Assembly (NCBI RefSeq): GCF_001194135.2
Contig: NC_068999.1
Location: 36,886,296 to 36,950,295, forward strand
Origin: Octopus bimaculoides
Lineage: Eukaryota
Direction of reading: 5' to 3'
DNA length: 64,000 bases
Shown here: positions 11,301 to 23,300 of the stretch, piece by piece
How positions within the stretch are numbered: the stretch's first letter is position 1
How the letters are laid out: every line of letters begins with the position of its first letter
The notes under the pieces: model-generated
Seen by the model: only the letters and a program-made list of their open reading frames with translations
Databases searched by the model: none
Told to the model about the DNA's origin: nothing
Made by a program: the position numbers and the translations under genes

Positions 11301-14300
11301 CATGTTTGTTTCTATTTTGCTCTTTGCTAGGATAAAATCTTATTGAAGCAAGGCAGAGGAGAAAATGCCATTGAAGTAACCAATGATGGTGCCACTATTC
11401 TTAAGTCACTTGGAGTTGATAATCCTGCAGCAAAGGTTCTTGTTGGTAAGTGTTCGTGTTTTACTGTACAATTTTTAGCCCTAGGTCATTTCTGATCAAT
11501 CAGACCTATGAGCAAAGGTGTTCCAGACTTGACCATCATGTCTTTTTGGGTGCATGTCAAGGACTACAGTGTCTAATGCATCTTTCATGTTTTTAAAACA
11601 GAAATATATTGAGAGATCTGTTATATGTTGCTTACCTAAACTGATGGTAAAGTTACTAGAAGCTTTTTGCACAATGCTAAACTATGTAGAGGAAGTACAT
11701 GGTTACCCAACTGGATGGAAATGGTGATGAAGTGCCAGGACATCCTTACAAGGAACAGGTATCAGAACATAGATGGGATGGGATGGTAGAGTAAGAAAGT
11801 TGTAGCTGCCCCAAAACAATGCATAAGGCAATAGGCAATAAATGAACCTATTGGTTAAGCCAAAAGCGAAATTACCATCCACTTCCTTGTCTTACATGAG
11901 TAGCCAAGTATCTCCTGTAGTAAGAAAGCTGTCCCTGGCACACAGCCACTTCTCTCAGTTCCTCTCCCCCTCTCAACTGAGATGTCCCTGACTTGCAAGC
12001 CACTCAGTGACCCTGGGGTACTGGTACCACATAAAAAGCACCCAGTGTACTCTGTAAAGTGGATGGGGCAGCTGGCCGTAAAAAACAACACCAGCATGGA
12101 AAACGAGTGTTAAATGATGAGGAAGAGGAGTAATAATTAGAACAAGTTAACTAGCAAAGTGTGTGTGCATTGAAGTTTGAATGGTTGGTATTAGGAAGGT
12201 CATTCAACCATAAAAACACTGCCAAAACAGACACAGTAGCCTAGGGTAGTTTTCTACCTGGCCAGCTCCTGTCAACCATCCTACCCATGCATGCATAGAA
12301 GATTGACATTAAACGATAATGGTGATGATGATTGAGGACTAATTGTCTCTTGACATTATGGTGTTGGGGATTTGTAGTATTCATGCCTCCCTGGAGTCTT
12401 ATGGTATGTTATAGCCACAACTATTAAATTGTATGCTTCACAAGAAACTCACTCATTGTTGTAAGCTGCTTGTCACCAGTAATATTCTGGTTCTACACTG
12501 TGAAAAAGACTTTGCGTTATACTTGAAAGTTATTGAGATAAATGGAATTCATCTGTATAAATCTTTTTTTTTTATCATTGTTTCCTTGTTGCAGATATCT
12601 CCAGAGTTCAAGATGATGAAGTTGGTGATGGTACCACATCAGTTGTTGTTTTGGCTTGTGAACTTTTAAAGGTAAAAGTCTAAATCAACCAAATATCTTG
12701 CATGTTTTGTGTATCATAAAGCCAGACTGTTGATCTCCTAGTTTACAGGTTCAAACCTTACTGCATCCATTAGCCTTACTCTCTAGATAGGGGACTAGCA
12801 GTAAGAAGGATATACAGTTGCTGAATAAAATATTTTACTCCAAAGAAAACCTGCCACCCAGACATCTGCTTGAGTATATGACTTTTCTACTTGACTGCTG
12901 TTTAACCTCAAGTTAGCTCTGATTAAACAGTTGTATACATGTATACAACATTGGTTTTTCTGGAACCTTCTGTTCCAAAGCTATTCCAGATTACCAATTT
13001 TTATGAACCAGGAATGGTCACTACGATGAATACACTCTAGATTAAATAATTAAATTAACTTAAATAATGTAGCTCATTGGTAGAGTGTTCGCTTTGGTGT
13101 GTGAAAGGTTCCAGGTTCACTCCACAGCCTTAAGGCTGAAATGCATGAAAGAATAAAAGAATTAGTAAGAACGATATACGTTTTATTAATACTTACTGTG
13201 CAAGGTACCAGTAAACTAGTCTGGCAACCATGAAAATTTGAAGTTCCTGCTATTAATAAGTGCAGATTACAAAAGGTTCAGGACCATCGGTGTCTGAACA
13301 GTTGGGGTTGTAGCTGCCACTGCCTCAGTATATGAGAGATGACATTATCCAGTGTATCCTTGGTAATGGTCATGGCTCTGCTGTTGCTGCCACAAGAATG
13401 AAACCTCACTTCCAGATTTGGTATTTTGTTATATAAATGATCCTTTATATTTTTCTCTCACTACATATATCAGTTGCTTATGTTTGTTTTCAGGAAGCTG
13501 AGAATCTAATCCGCATGAAGATCCATCCACAGACCATCATTTCTGGATGGAGGAAAGCAACTGCTGTTGCTAGGGAAGCTTTAGAGAAATCAGCAAATGA
13601 CAACGGGTATGTTTCACACGTCTTTCATCACCACTTACTCAATGTTGTGCACCCATATATGGCCCAGTTCAATATGTCACTTGCTAAATGAACTGTAGGT
13701 TACATCATTGTTTCAACCTCCAATTTTCCATTCTTAGTAAGAGTTTATTGAGGTAGATTTTCTATGGCCCTTCCTGTTGCCAATCCATTCTAGTTTCCAT
13801 GCAAGGTAATATTTCCCCGCAGCCAGACATGTTTTTGCAGAATATTGATAATGACTGAGATTCATTTACAACAAGTAGACACAAATATACATACGTATAA
13901 ATAAATGTCTATAGATACAAGTTAAGAGTGTCCAGCCATAATAATCCTTTTTCAATTTTCTCGTCTTAGCCATGCCAGCATGGGAAACAGACCAGCTAAA
14001 TGAACAAACAATAACTATTAGTTATTGTTTGTTCATTTATCTTAACATATTTTTACATTATTAATATAAAAATACATTACATAATTATATTTTTCTATGC
14101 TAACAGGCACTGGATGAGTTATTACAATTTATTATTTGGAGTTATTACCTGTTTAGGTGTGTTAGAGACCATGTCTTGCTTGTATGTACACTTTGAGGTG
14201 GATCAGCAAGTGTAATGTTTTCTCTCCACCCTACATTGTCTCCATTTGTTTACTCCACCCATCCCACCCCAAGCAAGATTAAAGAGAGTGCCATTGTTTG

Positions 14301-17300
14301 CTATCTTATAGTTAGGTACAGGCATTGCTGTATGGTTAAGAGTTTTACCTTGTAGCCATGTGGTTTCAGATTTAGTCCATGGCACTCAGTATCTTGGGCA
14401 TGTGTCTTCTACTATAGCACCAGGCCAATCAAAGCTGTATGAGTAAATTTGTTGGGCAGAAAATGGCAAAAGGCCTGTTATATATGTGTGTGTATGTCTC
14501 TTTGACTCAAAGTCAGGTGTTAATTATAAAGAAACATCAGTGTTTGTTTACAATCTTCTTTGAAAAAAATGTCCAGACTAAGGGAGAATATCAGCTCGCT
14601 CAACAAGAAGAGCATCTAGCCTTAGAAATCTGCCTCAACAAATTTCGTCTGAGCCATACCAGGCTTGAACAGTTGACTACAGCTTGATGCCTGCATTTCT
14701 GCTACTATTAATAACTAATTTTTCCCTGTATGTTGTATCTATATAAAATATACCAATTGCAAATTGTTTCCTTATTTGTAGTAATGATCCTGTAAAATTC
14801 CGTCAAGATTTAAAGAACATAGCACTAACAACTCTTGGGTCCAAAATTCTTACTCAACACAGTGACCATTTTGCTGAGCTTGCAGTTAACGCTGTTCTTA
14901 AACTCAAGGTATTGTATTGTAGTTATCATTTTGTAATGTGGTATGGCTTTAATCAAAATGCCATGTTGTCTTTAATTACGTCCCTTTATGTTATGAGGCT
15001 CAAACACTGTTAATAAAATGTGAGTTCTCTTAGGGTGAAGGATTATCAGAACTGGCAGAGTATCATACTAACTGGTGTGTTGTATTTAGTTTCATTCTGA
15101 GTTTGTATGTCACTGATTGTTGCCGTTTCATCATCATCATCATCATCGTTTAACGTCCGCTTTCCATGCTAGCATGGGTTGGACGATTTGACTGAGGACT
15201 GGTGAAACCGGATGGCAACACCAGGCTCCAGTCTGATTTGGCAGAGTTTCTACAGCTGGATGCCCTTCCTAACGCCAACCACTCAGAGAGTGTAGTGGGT
15301 GCTTTTACGTGTCACCCGCACGAAAACGGCCACGCTCGAAATGGTGTNNNNNNNNNNNNNNNNNNNNNNNNNNNNNNNNNNNNNNNNNNNNNNNNNNNNN
15401 NNNNNNNNNNNNNNNNNNNNNNNNNNNNNNNNNNNNNNNNNNNNNNNNNNNNNNNNNNNNNNNNNNNNNNNNNNNNNNNNNNNNNNNNNNNNNNNNNNNN
15501 NNNNNNNNNNNNNNNNNNNNNNNNNNNNNNNNNNNNNNNNNNNNNNNNNNNNNNNNNNNNNNNNNNCACCACCTCAGCCCAGGTCTTCCTGGGCCTACCT
15601 CTTCCACGGGTTCCCTCAACTGTTAGGGTGTGGCACTTTTTCACGCAGCTATCCTCCTCCATTCTCACCACATGTCCATACCAGCGCAATCGTCTCTCTT
15701 GCACGCCACAACTGATGCTTCTAATGTTCAGCTTTTCTCTCAAGATACTTACACTCTGACGTTTATCCCTGTTATTCTTTTACTAGTTTCAATACTATAA
15801 TCATTTTACACTATGAATATAGCTTTATTCCTAAGACAGAAATCATAAGTACTGGTTGATCACTGCGGTTGATGCAGTTGATTTATCCCCTCCCCTGAAA
15901 TTACTGGTCTTGTGCCAAAATTTGAAGCCATTATTAGCAAACCACCCAAAGTCACCTGAGAATTTCAATGCAAGCCTCATTAGTACATTTGTGAAAATAC
16001 GTGGTTTCATGTAAACAATTGAGTTACACTCTCCAATATTGTACATGATATCTGAGTGCTGCAAATTTTGGGAGATTTTTTTGAAGGTTTGTAAAGTAAA
16101 AAAATAAGTGTTAGTGATAGAATGTCCAACTGTTAAGATATCGTCTTAATTTCCTTCTGTTAGCGTGGAAAAACGGATATAACAACAAATATTATGTGTA
16201 GGCTATGGGCAAATATAAACAAAGAAGTTGCTGATCCCTACCTGGACTGTGGGGAGACAAAATTCTCAGCTTCAACACACCACACTGAACATCCATTATG
16301 TTGTAGTTATAGGGAGTGTTATTTATGTGTTTTCATTTCCAGTGCCTTCTCACATAGTTGCTTAACCTCAGGTCAATTCTGGTTGAGCAGACTTTCGATT
16401 ATTCAGGCACAGTGTATCAGAGGTTACATGACTACATTATCCAGCTTGTTTTTTTATTTCACAGTAGAATGTAATTTGAGGGAGATTTTGTCCTATTTCA
16501 GCAGATCAAGTTATCCTGTATACGTGTCCTTGTTTGTTCAATAGAGAAGTAGCATTAGATTATCCTATGTGAAACCAGGGGCATACTTAAATAACACCAA
16601 TTTGTAACACTTGATGAGTTGGGTGCCTCAGTGAAATGGTGTCCCAAGTCTGACTCCAGACACTGTGTCATAGCCTTATTTTCTTTTTAGTTTAATAAAA
16701 AAAGATTATTTCAGAATGTTAATCATAAATCAATGTCCTTTGATTCCAGGGAAACATTGACATTTCTGTCATCCAAATCATTAAGAAGTTAGGAAGTGGA
16801 ATGAAAGATTCTTATCTTGATGAAGGTGAGTAATGCTTTGTTTGTTCATGTAGCTACAGTGTCAATCTCTGCTGTGAAGTTCAAGACATCTAAACCAATA
16901 TTTGAATGGTGCTACCCTGCAATTGGTGTGGTTGAGCAGCATTCTTCCCAGTCACATGGTCTTGCATTCGTTCCCACTGTGCCATAACTTGGGCAAGTAT
17001 TTTCTTCCATAGCCCTGGATCACCTAACTAACACCTTGTGATTGAATTTGGTAAAGGGAAATGAAAAGAAGCCCATTAGCATCACCACAGCCTCTGAAAC
17101 CAATTAAAATACACGTTTGTTTTCCCCATTGTCTGGACATAATATAACTATTATAAATGAGCATCACCATCATACTAATTATGCTGTTCGTTTCCAGGAA
17201 ATGTCTGGCCCTTGCAGGGATAGCAAAGTGGATATTAAATGATGTGTAGTAGTGATGTTAGATGGGGGTTATGGTTTGGTGACAAGAGCTGGAAATTCCT

Positions 17301-20300
17301 ACAGAGAGGTGCAATTCAGTAGTGGATAGAGTGTTCAGTATATATGTTGTGTTTCTAATATAGTTGGTCAGAAATTCTGGTAATGGCATCAGGGGAGACA
17401 ATGGATACAACTGTTGTGTAGTGATATTAGTTTGGCACCACATAAAAAGCACTCTGTAAAGTGATTGGTATTAGGAAGGGCATCCAGTTGTAGAAACCAT
17501 ACCAAAACAGATGACTGGTGCCTGGTGCAGCCCTCCAGCTTGCCAGTACCTGGCACACCATCCAACCTACTTAGGTTGTAACACTGGGTCGGCAGTGGTA
17601 AGGGTTTACACCTGTGGTTCTGATTTAGAAACACACCTGTACCAGAATCTATAAAAGTAGGTTTCATCTCCCTTTAGTTTTCTCATCATATTAATTTTGA
17701 ATTGCATTCCTCTTTTCAGGTTTTCTTCTTGACAAAAAGATTGGTGTCAACCAGCCTAAAAGGATAGAAAATGCCAAGATTCTTGTTGCAAATACACCCA
17801 TGGATGCTGATAAAATCAAAGTAAGAATTTGCTTTTTTGATTGATTTCTTGTTTTAAATCCTTATGTACTTGCTCTGTTTACTATATCGATGCTGCCCAT
17901 TTTCACTGCATACATTTATGTAGTATTTGATGATGGGTCATGAGGTCATTAATTGAACGAAAAGGACAAAATTCTTGCAATCATAGCTGTGTGGTTAAGA
18001 AGCTTGCTCTCGGTCATGCTGCACAGCACCTTGGCTGAGTGTCTTCTATTATAGCCCTAGGCCAATCAATGCCTTGTGAGTTTGGTAGGCAGAAACAGTA
18101 TGGAAATCTGTCACATATGTTTGTCTCCCACCACTGCTTGACAACCATTGTTGATTTATTTGCCAAAGGAGACTAATTGAATAAGTGCTGTGGTCAATTT
18201 GTTCAGTTAAACCAGTGGTTCTTAACTGGAGTCTGCGTAAGATTTTACACGCAATAAATTGGTTATGTTTTTACAAATACACAAAATCTTTCAACATTTT
18301 TGTTTATACAATTCCTAATAATAATAATTATTGATTACAGAAATATAATGTGACCTTTTTAAACATCAAATGGCTGTGAGAGTCCAGTAGAGTAAAATAG
18401 GAATCAAAGAGATCCATAGGCAAAAAAAATGGTTGAGAACCACTGGGTTAAGCCCTTCAAGACAGTGCTCCAGCATGACCATGGTCAAACAATAGGTCTC
18501 CCTTCTCCTTACCTTGTTATCTAAGAGGAAAAACTGCCAATTTAGGTTGATGCAGCTTCACACCAGTGTCATGGCAGGCTTTGCTGTCAGAATGCAAAAA
18601 GCTGGAACAGATACTGCAAAGCATCTTATCCAACCCTCTAGTAGTTCTGCCAGTCCTTGGCAAGATTTGAACTTAGAATATAGAGAGAGTTGGAGCAAAT
18701 ATCCAAAACTCTAATGACTGCCAATTCATTGTCATAGTTGGCAATTTGAGGAAATGGTAATGGTGATGATTTACCGTTAAGGTGATTAAGAAGTTTGCTT
18801 ATCAACCACATGCTTTTGGTTTTAGTACTATTGTGTGGCATCTTTAGTAAGTGTCTTCTATTATGGCCTTGGGCCAACCAAAGCTTTGTGAGTAGATTTA
18901 GTAAGTAGAAATTGAAAGAAGCTCATAGTGTGTTTCTTTGTGAAAAATAGTTGTTAAATGGTTATAATGATATATATGAGCACCACTTTAAAAAGCACCC
19001 TTTACACTGTCAAGTGATTAATGTTAGGAAAAGCATCCAGTCATAGGAATCCTGCCAAAACAGACAGGAGCACTTTGTCAAGCCAGCCAGCCCATGCCAG
19101 CATGGAAAATAGATGTTAAATAATGATTTTTTATCTATTTGTGTATACACAAACACATTTGTGTTTCCTTGTCTTGACATCATGTGGTAGTTGTAAAATA
19201 AGTGTCAGTCATTCATTTCTAATATTCTGAGAGAACATGTCCGGTCATGAGGAAATATTACCTTGCTTGGAAACAGGTGAGGGTTGATGATAAGAAAGAC
19301 AACTGTCCATATAAAAATTTACCTCAATAAAACTCTGTCTAACCCATGCTGGCATAGAAAAGTGGACGGTAAACAATGCTGTTATTTCTATCTGGTGAAA
19401 TGACCATATCCAGTTCCTTCACTGACTCATATGACCTGTTTTTACTTTACTCTTTATAGATATTTCACTTTCTTCAAACACTTATTTTCTTGGAGAATAG
19501 TCATAAATATCACAGTTCCCTTTAAACTTATTCTGGTAATATAATTAAATAAAATACTCTCATTACTGCTGGTGTTTTAGAGTGTTTTTTAAAGGATTTG
19601 TTGTTTTCTAGGTATTTGGTTCCCGAGTGAAAGTTGATGCCATTTCTAAAGTTGCAGAACTGGAGGTAGCAGAAAGAGAGAAGATGAAGGATAAAGTAAA
19701 TAAAATATTGAAACATGGCTGTAATGTCTTTATTAACAGGTGGGTTACAGTGTTTCTGTGTATAAAATATATACAAGAAGCCTATTGTGTGTGTGTCTTT
19801 GTGTCTATCCCTACTACCACAACTGGTATTGGTGTGTTTTACATCCTTGTAACTTAGCTGTTCAGCAAAATACACTGATAGAATAAGTACCAGGGTTAAC
19901 AAAATTAAGTACTGGGGTCGATTCATTCAACTAAAACTTCTTCATGGTGGTATCCCAGCATGGCCACAGTCTAATGATTGAAACAAGTAAGAAATAAGAT
20001 ATTAACTATGACAGATTTCTTTCAAGAGGTGAGTTATAATTTCTGTGTATGTTATATTAGCTATTGCTGTAATGTTTTTAACAACTCAGTCATTCTGTGT
20101 GTGTGCATTTTAGTCAGCAAAGGTTACAAAGTAACTCAAAGATCAAAAGTTTTGCACATGGCATTTGTCACTTCATAACTTCTATTAAAAATGAAAATAA
20201 AATGTTGTTTACTCGTGTTATTTATGTCATACATACAAATTTATTAACTTCTGGACAAGAAATAAAATCGTTTTTTAACAGTGGAACTCGAGGTAGATGA

Positions 20301-23300
20301 AGCTATAAATAATAGCATGTATATATTGGGTTTAAAAAAATAAATCTTTGATACAAAAATTCAAAGGCTACCCATGGGAATTTAACCCACATCTGAAAAC
20401 ATGACAAGCATTCTACCAGATGTAGGTCTGTATCCCACAGGCAGTCTTTGACTTTTTCTATCCAAGTGTTTTTTTTAACCCAATATATTTTAAAGCTTTA
20501 TCTACTTCAAGTTTCACCATTAAAAGGAATTCATATACACATGTGTTTGAGTTCTACCTCACTTGTTTGTACTACCAAACCGCTGTGTATGTGTATAGTG
20601 AAGTTATAGTATCATTGACAGGTCCGATGAGAGGTTCTGTTTTCTGTTCTTCAGTATGTTAGTGTACATGTTTCTTTATGTTAATGTCTGTTATATTGTG
20701 TGTAATCTGTATGCATCCTTCCTCTGTCTATACCATGTCATCACTACACTATTATCAAGACTGTCATGTTATATTCCAGACAACTTATCTACAACTACCC
20801 TGAACAACTTTTCTCTGATGCTGGTGTCATGGCCATTGAACATGCAGACTTTGAAGGGGTTGAGCGCTTGGCTCTGGTTACAGGTAGTTATTTGTTTTTA
20901 TTCTGTTAGAAGCACAATGTTCTCTGTCTCACACAGCCAGAGCATGTTTTAATTGGGACTTCTACTTATCTATGGTTTAGTTTAAAATATTTGAATTAAT
21001 CTTCAGCATCAGTTGCCTCTATTGTATAGCAACCAGTGATTAGGCTTCAGCCATGTTTGAGACAGAGGTGCATGGCTTAGTGGTTAGGGTGTTGGATTCA
21101 CGACTGTAAGATTGTGGTTTTGATCCCTAGACCAGACGATCCATTGTGTTCTTGAGCAAAACACTTCATTTCACATCACTCCAGTCTACTCAGCTGTAGA
21201 AATGAGTTTAGCTTGGAGATGGCTTTGCCGGGCTTGCTCACCCTAGATACGCTGCATGGCTGCAGTGCTCCAACAACCCCTTAAGGGGTTAAGGGACTTG
21301 TCAATTGTCATATTGAGACACTAGCTTCTAGTTAAATATGTTGATCCAAATATATATATACACACACACATGTTTCAATGACTTCAGACTGAGACACAGA
21401 AAGTTCTGGGCATGAATCAAACTTGGAACATGGTGGAAAATAGTCAATTATTGCAAAATAATTTTATCTAGCGCTCTGTTGATTCTACCACCTATTCATT
21501 GTATATCATTGCTACACTTCCCTATTTGGTGCATTCAGCAGTCGTTTGTTTTGCTAATATTGATATCCATTTAAGATATTTTCTGCAACACACACACAGC
21601 AAATTTCTTTCTTCAATTTCTTAAGCAGTCTCATAGAGATGTGGAAATCCCTAATTGAAAAGCACTATGTTACTTATGTAATAAGCCACAGTTCAGTTAC
21701 CTCCTCTCTTTAATTAAACAGACTTTTGTAAGCATTACAAATGGTAAATTCTTGTTTCAGGTGCAGAGATTGTGTCAACCTTTGATGCTCCAGACTGTGT
21801 CAAAATTGGTCACTGTGACATTATAGAAGAAGTTATGATTGGAGAAGATAAGTTGATCAAATTCTCAGGTAACTTGTGTTGAATATTTAGTATACTTTTT
21901 TTAGTAATTTTACTGTAGATTTATCAATGATTGGCAACTGAAAATTGAGAATATCTTGGATTTGATTATTTGGATTTAATCTTTGGAAATAAACTCAAGT
22001 GTTTAGAGTTTTCCATCTTAATAGAAGAAACTGCAGTGAATTTGTTGATTTTGCCCTATCAACCCTGATCAAATAAATGTATAATCAAAGGTGTTGTTAT
22101 GGCTGTTTTTGGGGGGTTTTTTTCTCCATATGTAATATAGTTAGGTGCTGGTAACATAAAGGACACCCAGTACACTCTGTAAAGTGGTTGGCATTAGGAA
22201 GGGCATCCAACCACAGAAACCAAACCAAAACAGACTGTAGTTGTTGCAGTTCTCTGGCTTATCAGCTCTGGTCAAACCATCTAACCCATGCCAGCATGGA
22301 AAACAAATGTTAAATAATGATGATTCAATCCATCTTTCTCTTTAAGGTAGTAGTGTTGGTTTACGAAAATTTGCTCTTCTTGCAGCTCAGACAGCCACAT
22401 TTGGCCTTGTGAATTTGTCTGTGAGAGTAATTATAGCTGCAAATATTTCTGTGAGGTGGGCCGGGGCCTGGAAAGTGTTCCCCTATTTACTATACATTTG
22501 CTAAGGAACAGCTATACTTAAAGGTGTTTCTTTTACTGAGAACACCAAGGACATTTCATCAGCGAATTGAATGTTCAAAATAGGAAGGTAAATTATCAGC
22601 AACACATCTTTTAGGGAAGTGAGTAACAATTATGTTCAATAGGCATGCAGAGTGCTTTGTTATTTGTTGTCCTGAATTAATGTTTGGTATGTTGTTTTGT
22701 TTCAGGTGTAGCTCTTGGTGAAGCATGTAGTGTTGTTCTGCGTGGTGCTACTCAACAGATCTTAGATGAAGCAGAAAGGTCTCTCCATGATTCTCTATGT
22801 GTACTCTCACAGACAGTCAAGGAAACTAAGACTGTTCATGGCGCAGGTTTGTAGATTTTTTACTTTATGCAGTAACGCACAAACTCATGTAATGAATTAA
22901 TGCATAAATGTTTTATTCCATGTACTTTCTTTAATTTTCTAAACTGGTTTCACTTTTCTGATCATAGTTGAAGGGTAATAATTAGTATATTGTATACAAT
23001 CATTGAGTTCAGGAGAGCAAATAGTGTTATAGTAGTGATAGACAAGACAGATGGGATGCAACTAAGGAGTATGTCGGTATTGTGTGTTTGCAATTGAAGT
23101 TGAGTTTATCTTCTATAAACAGTAGCAGGTTGTGTGATTTTAACAATTTTGCTCCACAACCATGTGGTTTTCCATGGATTCATTTGTCAGCACTAAGTGA
23201 AATGATTGCATTCTTTGTTGATGTTACAAACCATTTGTTCTCAGCTTTCAAAGATTCTTGGAATTAAAAAAAAAACCCTATGTTAGGAGCAGGTATTAGC

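Noticed and set aside
20365-20428. Minus-strand tRNA-like fragment (tggtagaatg...gggttaaattccc)
   Set aside because: Too degenerate to fold or assign.
21275-21290. 16-bp palindrome AACCCCTTAAGGGGTT
   Set aside because: Single short occurrence within a decayed repeat; no further support.
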